Below, piece after piece: positions 9,489 through 19,084 of a DNA stretch of 64,000 bases. The notes below the pieces were generated by a model, which worked only from the letters and a program-made list of their open reading frames with translations, was not told the origin of the DNA and made no database searches. Made by a program: the position numbers and the translations under genes. Position 1 is the first letter of the stretch. The number at the start of each line of letters is the position of its first letter. The stretch comes from a virus (taxonomy: Duplodnaviria > Caudoviricetes). The DNA lies in IMG/VR virus record IMGVR_UViG_3300030012_002336, positions 1-64,000 of that record; one strand, 5' to 3'.

Positions 9489-10184
9489 ATGAATGAAGTA
9501 AATAAGAAAGTTATGTTAAATACTAAAGACATGTCTGCAGGAAGTGGACGAACAAAACCTGTATTAGATCCGGGTAATCACGTAGTTAAGATTAATTCTA
9601 TTAGTCTAGATCAAACACCGTATGATGCTGATTCATACAATATACATTTACATGTAGAGACTGCACCTATTGGTGGTGGCTTTGAAGGTTTCTTTAGAGA
9701 CTATAATGATCAATCTAAAGGTAGATATGATGGTCAAATAGGTAGAGTAAGAATTAGTCCTTATCCTTTTAAAGATACTACATTACCAAGTGGTAGAGAA
9801 ATTAGCAGAGATCAAGAGATCTTAAAGCATATGATTACTCTTGCTGAGACATTGGACATGAGAGATGGACTAGATTCTATTGAAGCAGAAACTATTGAAG
9901 ATTTTATGACTGAGTGTGATAGATTAATGGGTGGCTCTAAACTTATCAACATGTGTATAGGTGGTCGTGAGTGGGAAAATAAAGAAGGTTATGTTAATAA
10001 TGATCTTTACTTACCACGTATATCTAAAGATGGTATTGCAATGGAAGCATTAGATAAAGAAAACTCTAGATTACTTAAGTTTGATCGTGCTGTGCATGTA
10101 AAAGCTTTAGCTAAGAAAGAGACTTCTAATGATGAGACTCCATTTAAAGCAGATTCAGGATCAGGTTCTGATTTTGAATTATAA
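9489..10184 (+). CDS. putative SSB partner of Sak4
   Basis: Follows Sak4-like gene; beta-rich; acidic aromatic tail GSDFEL. Confidence 0.55.
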   Translation: MNEVNKKVMLNTKDMSAGSGRTKPVLDPGNHVVKINSISLDQTPYDADSYNIHLHVETAPIGGGFEGFFRDYNDQSKGRYDGQIGRVRISPYPFKDTTLPSGREISRDQEILKHMITLAETLDMRDGLDSIEAETIEDFMTECDRLMGGSKLINMCIGGREWENKEGYVNNDLYLPRISKDGIAMEALDKENSRLLKFDRAVHVKALAKKETSNDETPFKADSGSGSDFEL

Positions 10185-10186
10185 TT

Positions 10187-10266
10187 TTGCAGGATAATAT
10201 TACCTAGTAAGAGGTGTATTGGCTGTCCTGCAACGGAGTGAATACCGCATAATATCAGTCAATACA
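10187..10266 (+). ncRNA. candidate pseudoknotted RNA element
   Basis: 10187-10194 pairs with 10226-10233; 10215-10225 pairs with 10256-10266 (crossing stems). Confidence 0.5.
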
Positions 10267-10277
10267 ATCAAGTTAAC

Positions 10278-10312
10278 AATATAGGGGCACTTACTTGTCC
10301 CTATATTTTATT
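10278..10312 (+). terminator. intrinsic terminator
   Basis: AATATAGGGGCA/TGTCCCTATATT stem with T-rich tail. Confidence 0.75.
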
Positions 10313-10318
10313 AATATT

Positions 10319-11272
10319 ATGATAAGTACTAAGAATCTCATATTAGATGGATCTAAAGTTCCAAGTACATGGGTGTTTGAGTTCTATCTGGATCTACCAG
10401 AAAGACTGAATGGACAGAATGTGCAGATTAAATCTGTATTTCATCCGTCAGAAAGAACTCCAAGCATGTGGATATTTGTGGACAAAGGTCAATATAAGTT
10501 TAAAGATTTTTCAACCGGTAAAGGTGGTAATAAAATTGATTTAGTTAAAGAGTTATTTAATATGGATTATTCTAAAGCTATATTTAAAATAGGTCAAGAT
10601 TATAATAAGTTTATTTCAGATAAAGGTGTATATACACAGTCTACATTAAAACCAGAAGCAAAGTATAAAGTAGATGGTATAATGACAAGAGATTGGAATA
10701 AATATGATAAAAGATTTTGGTTGCAGTTTAATATAGGTGAAGAAATGTTAGATAAATATAATGTAAAAGCACTTGAATATTATCATATGGTTAAAGAAGA
10801 TAACAAGATAACTATTCAACAACCTTATATATATGGCTATTTTAGTAAGAATGATATTTATAAGATCTATCAACCAAAAAATAAGAAGTTTAAATTTATT
10901 AAAGTTAAACCTCAACTTCAAGGTTTAGATCAATTAGAGTATAATCAACCTTATCTTATTATATGTTCTTCTTTGAAAGATGCAATGTGTCTAAAACAAT
11001 TTGGATATAACATTGAAGTTATTGCTCCTGACTCAGAGAATACTATAATAAAACCGTATATAATTGAAAATCTTAAGAAAAAGTATAAAAAAGTTGTAAC
11101 TTTATTTGATAATGATGTTGCAGGACATAATGCAGTTCACAAGTACAGAGAGCTGTATAACATTTCCGGCACATGGTTATACAGTAGCAAAGACATTGCT
11201 GATCTTGTAAAAGAGAAAGGTTTTAATGTTGCTCACAAAGAAATTAAAGTTAAACTTAAAAGTGTTTTATGA
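10319..11272 (+). CDS. DNA primase (crAss-like Toprim type)
   Basis: SVFHPSERTPSM N-domain, SSLKD, FDNDVAG Toprim; ATG 10319 preferred because TTG 10295 lies in the terminator. Confidence 0.88.
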   Translation: MISTKNLILDGSKVPSTWVFEFYLDLPERLNGQNVQIKSVFHPSERTPSMWIFVDKGQYKFKDFSTGKGGNKIDLVKELFNMDYSKAIFKIGQDYNKFISDKGVYTQSTLKPEAKYKVDGIMTRDWNKYDKRFWLQFNIGEEMLDKYNVKALEYYHMVKEDNKITIQQPYIYGYFSKNDIYKIYQPKNKKFKFIKVKPQLQGLDQLEYNQPYLIICSSLKDAMCLKQFGYNIEVIAPDSENTIIKPYIIENLKKKYKKVVTLFDNDVAGHNAVHKYRELYNISGTWLYSSKDIADLVKEKGFNVAHKEIKVKLKSVL

Positions 11273-11676
11273 AATGGTTTATACCAGGTAACGTACCAAG
11301 TAGTAAAAATGGCCGTAGATGGACAGGTAGATATTTTATATCTAGCAAAGCTACTGCAAAGTATAGGAAGGATACAAAACAATATTATGTTAAATTAAGA
11401 AAGAGTTTTACTGAAGAACTCTCTAAATATAAGTTACCGGTTAAAATATCATTTAAATTCATCAGAGGTACCAAACATAAGTTTGATTATATTAATCCTG
11501 CACAGACAGTGCAAGATGATATGGTTAAAAACCATTGGATTGAAGATGATAATTGTAAATACATTATACCTGTATTTGAACCTTATGAATATGATAAGGA
11601 AAATCCTGGTGTAGAAATTAAGTTAATAAAAGATGGAAACAAAATTAAAAAGAAACATAGCAGTTCAAGTGATTAA
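11269..11676 (+). CDS. RusA-like Holliday junction resolvase
   Basis: IPGNVPSSKN, FDYIN...VQD...IEDDN. Confidence 0.75.
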   Translation: MKWFIPGNVPSSKNGRRWTGRYFISSKATAKYRKDTKQYYVKLRKSFTEELSKYKLPVKISFKFIRGTKHKFDYINPAQTVQDDMVKNHWIEDDNCKYIIPVFEPYEYDKENPGVEIKLIKDGNKIKKKHSSSSD

Positions 11677-12010
11677 AGATCACAATATAGCAAAAATAGA
11701 AGTAGATTATAGTGGTGGTGGTGATGACGGATGCGTAGATGAAACTAGATATGAAGACATTAATGGTAATAGTATTGATGTTAAATTAGATGGTGAAGTA
11801 GAAGCAGAGTGGGATGACTTATTATATGATACGTTAAGTCACCACATAGAATGGGATTGGATTAATAATGATGGAGGATACGGTCAAATGATAATTGATT
11901 GTAAAAAAACTCCATGGAAAGTTAATATCAATCATACACAACGTGTTTGTGAAGATCATTACTATGATGATATAGATTTTGATACTGATAATAAACAACA
12001 TTTCTTTTAA
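11633..12010 (+). CDS. DUF6878-like protein
   Basis: VDYSGGGDDG and DWINNDGGYG motifs. Confidence 0.7.
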   Translation: METKLKRNIAVQVIKDHNIAKIEVDYSGGGDDGCVDETRYEDINGNSIDVKLDGEVEAEWDDLLYDTLSHHIEWDWINNDGGYGQMIIDCKKTPWKVNINHTQRVCEDHYYDDIDFDTDNKQHFF

Positions 12011-12357
12011 TGGCACATCCAAATATTCATGCCAAGTCTTCTGTAAAGAAGTTTGGTGGGTGTCCTGATGATTACATACATATACATAACTGGTTAGATG
12101 CAACAAAAAGTTGGGTGGGCAATCACTTACACAGAATGTTTCGTCATCATAGTGAAGGTATATTTGAATGTGAAAGAAAATTTGGGCCAGTATTCACAAA
12201 TTCAGATGGTAAACCTGTTTATACAAGATATGTTGCAGAGCAGCATGTAAGAGAGGATTGTAATAACTATATTCCCTCTGCAAAAGAATGGTTAGACAAT
12301 ATTCACAAGAAAAAGCTACCCTTGTGGATGATTAAAACAATGAAAATCAATGATTAG
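12010..12357 (+). CDS. DUF6915-like His-rich protein
   Basis: MAHPNIHAKSS..KFGG..DY..IH.WLD; HRMFRHHSEGIFECE; AEQHVREDC. Confidence 0.8.
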   Translation: MAHPNIHAKSSVKKFGGCPDDYIHIHNWLDATKSWVGNHLHRMFRHHSEGIFECERKFGPVFTNSDGKPVYTRYVAEQHVREDCNNYIPSAKEWLDNIHKKKLPLWMIKTMKIND

Positions 12358-12769
12358 TTTAAAAGAATATAAAAAATTAAGAGAACTCCTCCACGGATCT
12401 GAAGAAGATTATGAAGTGGCATGTGAGAATATAAAGAACATAAAAGAAATAACATCTGTTATAAGAATGATGTTTGCTAAATCTTTGACGTTTGGTAAAA
12501 GGCAAGACTTTTGTCAAAAGTTTAATATAGATTACCATAATATCAAAGAATGGAATAAAATGTTTAAAGATCTTGATAATACTTTAGGTATAAGAACTGA
12601 ACAAGAAATCATAGAGTTTGAAATACATGAACAAATGCTCCCTGTTTTTACAAGTACTTGGAGTTTTATTAAAGATGTTAAGATTGAACTTGATTGGGAA
12701 CATAAAAAACCAATTAAAGAATTAACCAAAGCAGAAATGCGTGAAATAGAAGACATTATAAATGATTGA
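12350..12769 (+). CDS. hypothetical helical protein
   Basis: Coupled ORF; N-terminal motif shared with 15197 and 16252. Confidence 0.7.
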   Translation: MISLKEYKKLRELLHGSEEDYEVACENIKNIKEITSVIRMMFAKSLTFGKRQDFCQKFNIDYHNIKEWNKMFKDLDNTLGIRTEQEIIEFEIHEQMLPVFTSTWSFIKDVKIELDWEHKKPIKELTKAEMREIEDIIND

Positions 12770-13931
12770 TATACAAGATAAATTAGCAAGAGCTTGTAAG
12801 TCATTAATATTAAGAGAGCCCTTTTATGGGCTCTTTCTTATTGGACTTAACAAGAAAATAAGAAAGGACGTCCCAACAGCGGGTGTCAGTAAAAATGGTA
12901 TAGGTATACAACTATCTATTAACCCGGATTTCTTTATGGGATTACCAGATGAACACCAGATAGGTCTACTTAAACATGAACTACTGCATGTATCATTTGG
13001 GCATCTTATGATGAGAGACTCTTATCCTAACAAGAAGTTGTTTAATATTGCTGCAGATCTTGAGATCAATCAGTATATAGATAGAAACATGCTTCCTGAA
13101 GGTGGTTTGACTTTAGATAGTTTTGCTGAACTAAAGTTACCAAAGAAAGCCGGTACTAAAAAGTATTATGATTTATTGGAACAAGAGTGCAAGGATAATC
13201 CTTGTCAGTCACTACAATCTATATTAGATCAGATGGATGGTGATAGTCAGTATGATCATAAGACATGGGAAGAGTTTGAAGATCTTACAGAAGCAGAGAA
13301 GAAGCTAGTTGAAAGACAAATTGAACATCAACTAAAAGAAACTGCAGAACAAACTGAAAAGAGAAGAGGAACTATTCCAGGTGAGTTAGCTGAATTAATT
13401 AAAAAGCTAAGAACCATACATCCTCCATCATTTGATTGGAAGGGTTATTTAAAAAGATTTGTGGGTAACTCCGTGTTTACTTTCACAAAGAAGTTGAGAA
13501 GAAAATTCAACAAAAGGTATACAGATAATCCAGGTCTTAAGATCAAACACAAAAATCATATATTGATTGGTGTTGATACTTCTGCATCTGTTAACACGAA
13601 GGAACTAGAACACTTTATGAGTGAAATGGTTCATGTTCAGAAAACAGGACATCAGATAACTGTAGCACAATGTGACACAGGTATTAGTGATATATCCCCT
13701 TTCAATAGTAGAAAGGATTGGCAAATAAAAGGTAGAGGAGGTACATGCTTCCAACCGGTTATTGATCACTTCAATGAAATGAGAGGTAGATATACTGCCC
13801 TTATATATTTAACAGATGGTGAAGCACCTGCTCCAGAGAACTGTCCAAAGAACACATTATGGGTTCTTAGTGCAAGATCTCAGTGGACAGATCATTTACC
13901 AGGGAAAACAATACAATTAAACACGCATTAA
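12762..13931 (+). CDS. zincin-like peptidase + vWA protein (DUF2201-like)
   Basis: HELLH..H; NIAADLEIN; MIDAS DTSAS; GRGGT; LTDG. Confidence 0.9.
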   Translation: MIDIQDKLARACKSLILREPFYGLFLIGLNKKIRKDVPTAGVSKNGIGIQLSINPDFFMGLPDEHQIGLLKHELLHVSFGHLMMRDSYPNKKLFNIAADLEINQYIDRNMLPEGGLTLDSFAELKLPKKAGTKKYYDLLEQECKDNPCQSLQSILDQMDGDSQYDHKTWEEFEDLTEAEKKLVERQIEHQLKETAEQTEKRRGTIPGELAELIKKLRTIHPPSFDWKGYLKRFVGNSVFTFTKKLRRKFNKRYTDNPGLKIKHKNHILIGVDTSASVNTKELEHFMSEMVHVQKTGHQITVAQCDTGISDISPFNSRKDWQIKGRGGTCFQPVIDHFNEMRGRYTALIYLTDGEAPAPENCPKNTLWVLSARSQWTDHLPGKTIQLNTH

Positions 13932-13932
13932 A

Positions 13933-15195
13933 ATGGCACAAGTAAATTTAAATATTGATGAATTAAAAGGTTTTGTAAACCATATAATAAAGAATAATAG
14001 ATTCTTACAAGAGCAAGGGAAGAACCCAGTTGCTGTAGAAGTAGTTGGTGAGTCAGGTATTGGTAAAACATCTGCTGTACTAGATCTAGCTAAAGAAAAT
14101 GAATTAGATTTTGTTAAGCTTAATCTTGCACAGATAGAAGAATTAGGTGACTTAGTTGGTTTTCCTGTTAGACAATTCCAAATGTATAGAGAGAAGCAAG
14201 TATCTAAGAAGATTGATGATCTTCAGTATACAGTAGCTCAGAGAGCTGCAGCATCTGCACAAGTTGCAGACTCTACTATAACCAAGAAAATTGGTCAGTG
14301 GGTAGATGAACTTGCAGTTGAAGAGTATCTTAGAAAAGGATGGAAGATGACCGGTAAGAATAGAATGTCTTACTGTGCACCAGAGTGGATTGCTGATAAG
14401 AAGAAAGGTGGTATCCTACTTCTTGATGACTGGAACCGTGCAGATGTTAGATTTATTCAGGCTGTAATGGAGTTGGTTGACAGACAGCAGTATATATCAT
14501 GGTCTTTACCGGCTGATTGGCATATTATACTAACTAGTAATCCAGATAATGGAGACTACATGGTTAATAGTATTGACTCAGCACAAAAGACTAGATATAT
14601 TACTGCTAACCTGAAGTTTGATGCAAATGTTTGGGCAAGATGGGCTGAAGAGCAGCACATAGATACACGTTGTATTAACTTCCTGTTACTGCATCCTGAG
14701 TTAGTAAATAAAGAAACTAATGCAAGATCCATCACAGCATTCTTCAACTCTATTTCAAGTTTTGAAAAGTTTGAAGATGACTTGAGCATGATCCAAATGA
14801 TTGGTGAAGGTTCTGTTGGGGACACATTTGCTTCTATGTTTACTACATTTATTAACAACAAACTGGACAAGCTGGTCACACCTAAAGATATGTTGACACA
14901 TGAAAACCAAGATTGGATTATTGGGGAACTAAATAGTGTTCTAGGAAAAGGTGACACATATAGAGCAGATATTGCATCTACTCTTGCGACAAGGTTGGCT
15001 AACTATTCAGTTGTTTATGCTAATGAAAATACTGTAACACCAAAGATTAATGAAAGATTGATAGCATTATGTACTAAAGATGTATTTGCTAATGATCTAA
15101 AGTATCTTATTGTTAGAACTATTTTCAATGGTAATAAAACTAAGTTTAACAAGATGATGATGAATCCAGAGATCATCAAAATGACAATGAAATAA
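13933..15195 (+). CDS. MoxR-type AAA+ ATPase
   Basis: GESGIGKT, DLVGFP, LLDDWNRAD, TSNP, DSAQKTR; adjacent to vWA gene. Confidence 0.9.
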   Translation: MAQVNLNIDELKGFVNHIIKNNRFLQEQGKNPVAVEVVGESGIGKTSAVLDLAKENELDFVKLNLAQIEELGDLVGFPVRQFQMYREKQVSKKIDDLQYTVAQRAAASAQVADSTITKKIGQWVDELAVEEYLRKGWKMTGKNRMSYCAPEWIADKKKGGILLLDDWNRADVRFIQAVMELVDRQQYISWSLPADWHIILTSNPDNGDYMVNSIDSAQKTRYITANLKFDANVWARWAEEQHIDTRCINFLLLHPELVNKETNARSITAFFNSISSFEKFEDDLSMIQMIGEGSVGDTFASMFTTFINNKLDKLVTPKDMLTHENQDWIIGELNSVLGKGDTYRADIASTLATRLANYSVVYANENTVTPKINERLIALCTKDVFANDLKYLIVRTIFNGNKTKFNKMMMNPEIIKMTMK

Positions 15196-15196
15196 G

Positions 15197-16255
15197 ATGG
15201 CAAAAGTTTATAATTGTACTTTCAGTGCTATAAAGGAACAGTTAGAAGACTTTGGTTTAGATGGGCAGCCTGTATATCAGGTTGCTCTATCTAGACAAAG
15301 TTGGGATATGGGTGAAGCTATATTCTGTAACCTTAATAACACTTATAAAGTATTTCAAAAATATTTTGATAAGGAGATAGACGTAGTAGATCTAACTCAA
15401 TATAAAAGAGCTTTTATATTTCCAGGATGTCCAGTATCATTACCTAGACTAAAGGAAGCATTAAGAGAGCATAAGATTACTGTAACAAATGATTTTAATA
15501 AAGCTGATTGTTTTATAACTCATTATGATTATGGTCACTATCATAGTGATGGTGAGTCAATTAGAATTAATAGTATGCTATTTAAAGCTATCAACTATGA
15601 AGCTATGGATATTAGTACAAGTATAAATTTAGCTGATAGAGCTAATGAACCAAATGTAGATCCTAATATTCAAATTGTATTTGATGATAAGATGGCTGAG
15701 ACATATAGCAGAAATAGTATTGACTATGATGCAAATTTATATGAGTCTTATGTATTTACACCTTTAGCTGTTCAGATTGCTTATAGAATTAGACATGAAC
15801 AAATACCTGTTATATATGCTGAGACATGTTTGAATGAGTCAGCAAATAAAAGAGTGCTTGATCAACAACTAATGGATGATATGATTAGAATGATTAAGGA
15901 GGGTAGTTCTGAGGAACAGGAGTTAGTAAAGAAAATGGTTCCTGCTATTGACTATAGAAAGAAAAAACACCTTCTATGGAATATGGCAAGAGAAGTTAAT
16001 GGTTACATGTATAGATTTAATAGAGATAAAGATATGAACTATTGGATGGACAAATCTAACTTTAATAAATATGGACGTGCAACTGCTGAAGATATGATTA
16101 AATATCTTGAAGAAGAAGAATGTCTTGATTCAGAATCATTTAGGTATCTTGAACCTATTGTTCGTAAAGAAATTTGTATTAGTAATAGAGAACTATATAC
16201 ATTTAAAGTACAAGTTAAAGAAGAGTATAGAAAATATTTAAAACCAAAAACATGA
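15197..16255 (+). CDS. hypothetical protein, possible BRCT-like domain
   Basis: FIFPGCPVSLPRLK...ITVTNDFNKADCFI. Confidence 0.65.
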   Translation: MAKVYNCTFSAIKEQLEDFGLDGQPVYQVALSRQSWDMGEAIFCNLNNTYKVFQKYFDKEIDVVDLTQYKRAFIFPGCPVSLPRLKEALREHKITVTNDFNKADCFITHYDYGHYHSDGESIRINSMLFKAINYEAMDISTSINLADRANEPNVDPNIQIVFDDKMAETYSRNSIDYDANLYESYVFTPLAVQIAYRIRHEQIPVIYAETCLNESANKRVLDQQLMDDMIRMIKEGSSEEQELVKKMVPAIDYRKKKHLLWNMAREVNGYMYRFNRDKDMNYWMDKSNFNKYGRATAEDMIKYLEEEECLDSESFRYLEPIVRKEICISNRELYTFKVQVKEEYRKYLKPKT

Positions 16256-17514
16256 CAGATTTAAAACAATTATGGTTAATTGATATTGACCCAAGTAACT
16301 GTGACACAATAAATAATACTTTAGTAATGCAAAACGGTAGTATTAAAGTAAAACAATTGGGTCATTATATAGAATCAGATGATACTAGTGGTAGATATGG
16401 AGGTAGAGCTAAAAACCCAAAGATTAAAGAGATAATGAGTGGTATTGGAACTATTACATCTGATGATCTTAAGAATGCTAATTCACTATTTAGATTTCCT
16501 AGACTTAGTTTATCAAGAGATAAAGTTAAGATACTACAAGAAAAGTTTGATCTTAAGTTGAAAAGAGATTTTCATCAGGCAGACTATGGTATTGTATCTG
16601 AAAAGTATTTTGATGGATTATTTGTTACTAGGTGGCTTGCACAAGCAGATCCTGCAGATGTACTTGCTTGGGCAGGAGTTTATCAAGATTGTTTTGAAGA
16701 TGATCTTTATAATGAAATTGTAAATGCACTAAACAAAATACCTGCAGATGCTCATGTTGTATTTGAGTCAGAGTGGTTTAGTTCATATTACCACGAGGGT
16801 GCTAGTAATCTTGATAGATATTCTAAGATGGCTGAAAAAGCAAGAGACATAGGTAGAAATACTAAGTATCATTATTATATTGAATCATTAAATCAGTGGA
16901 ATGATATACAGGCTAATTTATCTAAACTTGTTTGGGACAGTAATATTAATGATATTGCTACAGAAGACTCTGAAGTATTAACAGAAGAGATGTACATACA
17001 ACTTAAAACTATGCTTGGTTGGGAAAAGACTGAAAGTGGTTGTGGTTGGCAAGGTACTAGGGACAAAGAGAATATGAACTTAGCTTTGAGCATCATTGCT
17101 AATTGTAATATTCAAAAGTCTCATACATATTTAGCACTATTATTTTCATTTTTAAGTGACTCTATGAAAGATTCATCTGTTTGGAATACTGTTAACTTTA
17201 AGTCCGTAAGGAAGAAGTTTTATAAGTATATACAACTAGGTGGTTGGAACTGGTGTCATAATTATAATTACTTGATTGAATATCTAGTTAAAGATAATGC
17301 ATTAACTGAAATTGCTTGGAAAGAAGTTGCTCAGAAGATGTATGATGATGTATTATCATCTCAGATGGGTATTGATAGTAAAAATAATTTTAGTATCAGT
17401 CCTGATAGTATTCAACTAAATCCGGAACTTAAAGAGAAGATAATTCCAACTCAAGAAGATCTACAGTATATGGAAGATCTTGTTGATATGCACACTGAAT
17501 CACATAGATTATGA
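16252..17514 (+). CDS. hypothetical protein, apparent paralog of 15197
   Basis: LFRFPRLSLSRDKVK...LKRDFHQADYGIV. Confidence 0.65.
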   Translation: MTDLKQLWLIDIDPSNCDTINNTLVMQNGSIKVKQLGHYIESDDTSGRYGGRAKNPKIKEIMSGIGTITSDDLKNANSLFRFPRLSLSRDKVKILQEKFDLKLKRDFHQADYGIVSEKYFDGLFVTRWLAQADPADVLAWAGVYQDCFEDDLYNEIVNALNKIPADAHVVFESEWFSSYYHEGASNLDRYSKMAEKARDIGRNTKYHYYIESLNQWNDIQANLSKLVWDSNINDIATEDSEVLTEEMYIQLKTMLGWEKTESGCGWQGTRDKENMNLALSIIANCNIQKSHTYLALLFSFLSDSMKDSSVWNTVNFKSVRKKFYKYIQLGGWNWCHNYNYLIEYLVKDNALTEIAWKEVAQKMYDDVLSSQMGIDSKNNFSISPDSIQLNPELKEKIIPTQEDLQYMEDLVDMHTESHRL

Positions 17515-18497
17515 TAGATAAAATCAAAGAAGATCTGTTTTACAAGGGAGAGTTTAGCTTCAGCTACTCTTCCTTAAACAGGTTATTATTTTCACCCAAA
17601 CTCTTTTATAGAGATTATATTCTTAAAGAAAGGGAACTTAAGATGGAAAAACATCTTATTGAAGGTAGGTTAGTGCACTTACTTCTTCTTGAGCCAGACC
17701 GGTTTGATGAAGAGTTTAAAGTAGTGCCTACTAGAATTCCTTCAGACTCTCTTCGTAAAGTATTGTATGATATTAGTCAACACACTGATCTTACAGAGCT
17801 TAGCATTATAGATGATAAAATAATATTACAATCACTTAAAAATGTTGGTCTATATCAATCGTTAAAAGATGAGTCTAAACGTATTGCTAAAGTACGCACT
17901 CCAGAATGTGAAGATTATTATGGTTTCAAGACAAACTCAACAGGTTTAGAAGTTATTGATAATGACATATTAACTAGAGCAACAGAAAGAGTTGATATAA
18001 TAAAGTCTAACAAAGATGTTATGGCTTTACTTATGGAACAAGGTACTGATTGGGATTTAGATCATATTCAAGTATATAATGAGAAAAAATTAAACTGTAA
18101 TTTAAATAATTACAAGTTTGGTTTAAAAGGTATTATAGATAAGTATATAGTTGATGATGAGTCAAAGACAATAACTATTGTAGATATTAAAACTACTGCA
18201 AAACCATTAGAAAACTTTGCAGAAACTGTAGATTTTTACAATTATTGGCTTCAAGCAGCTATATATTCATTACTTGTTATTAAAAATGTTGATGAAAACC
18301 AACAAGATTATAAAATTATTTTTAAATTTGTAGCTATAGATAAGTATGATCAAGTCTATGCGTTTCCTGTATCAGAGTCAACATTACTAAGATGGATGAA
18401 TGAATTAAATAGAGCATTAAAACTAGCAAATTATCATTACAGTGAAAGAAAATATGACTTACCATATGAATTTGCAAACGGTAATGTAATACTATGA
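17511..18497 (+). CDS. PD-(D/E)xK exonuclease (RecB/RecE-like)
   Basis: SYSSL, GRLVH, KGIIDK, VDIKTT, YWLQAAIY. Confidence 0.88.
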   Translation: MIDKIKEDLFYKGEFSFSYSSLNRLLFSPKLFYRDYILKERELKMEKHLIEGRLVHLLLLEPDRFDEEFKVVPTRIPSDSLRKVLYDISQHTDLTELSIIDDKIILQSLKNVGLYQSLKDESKRIAKVRTPECEDYYGFKTNSTGLEVIDNDILTRATERVDIIKSNKDVMALLMEQGTDWDLDHIQVYNEKKLNCNLNNYKFGLKGIIDKYIVDDESKTITIVDIKTTAKPLENFAETVDFYNYWLQAAIYSLLVIKNVDENQQDYKIIFKFVAIDKYDQVYAFPVSESTLLRWMNELNRALKLANYHYSERKYDLPYEFANGNVIL

Positions 18498-19048
18498 AGA
18501 AAATTTATGAATCTTATTTTCAAAAGAGCAAGGTGTTTTTGTACCCCTTGCTCAATATACCTAAAGGTGTTAGGTTTGTTCCTAGTCAAACATATTTAAC
18601 TTGGGAAGATCAATTTACTCTATCTAAGTATAAATTAATATCACTTTATAAGATTGATCCAGATTGTAAAGACTTTGAACTCTTTCATAAAGAAACATTA
18701 AAGGCTAATCCTTTTTATGAATATTATGAAAAAATAGATAAAGAGTCTCACATATATGTATTTAATATATCTAATTATAAAAATGATTTAAATAAATTTA
18801 TTAAAGGTCAGTATTCAAAAATGACAAAAAAAACTAAAAAAATAATTACTAAGTTTTTTGGAAAGTCTGGCACTATATCAGAATATATTGAAAGTTATCT
18901 TTATCCTGAAAAATATTTTGAAACTTATTCAGATATACTTAATGTACCTGTAGAAGATTTAGAAAACGTAGGGGAGCTTTGTGATAAGCCAGATTTAGAA
19001 AGAGAAACATTTAAAAATATTTTGGTAGCACTAAGTTTATTTAAATAA
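18494..19048 (+). CDS. conserved phage hypothetical protein
   Basis: KSKVFLYPLL...FIKGQYSK...YLYPE. Confidence 0.75.
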   Translation: MKKIYESYFQKSKVFLYPLLNIPKGVRFVPSQTYLTWEDQFTLSKYKLISLYKIDPDCKDFELFHKETLKANPFYEYYEKIDKESHIYVFNISNYKNDLNKFIKGQYSKMTKKTKKIITKFFGKSGTISEYIESYLYPEKYFETYSDILNVPVEDLENVGELCDKPDLERETFKNILVALSLFK

Positions 19049-19054
19049 TTTATA

Positions 19055-19062
19055 TATATTTG
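19055..19062 (+). promoter_or_regulatory. Bacteroidota -7 element
   Basis: Intergenic TATATTTG before ATG 19085. Confidence 0.65.
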
Positions 19063-19084
19063 TAAAAACTAAAAATCAATAACT

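Noticed and set aside
10187-10266. HDV-like/theta or hammerhead ribozyme assignment
   Set aside because: CTG-TCCTGCAA-CGG resembles P3/L3, but no matching P1/P1.1; no CUGAUGA/GAAA core. Kept only as an unassigned structure
17511-18497. Cas4/CRISPR system
   Set aside because: No Fe-S cysteine set, no other cas genes and no repeat-spacer array seen
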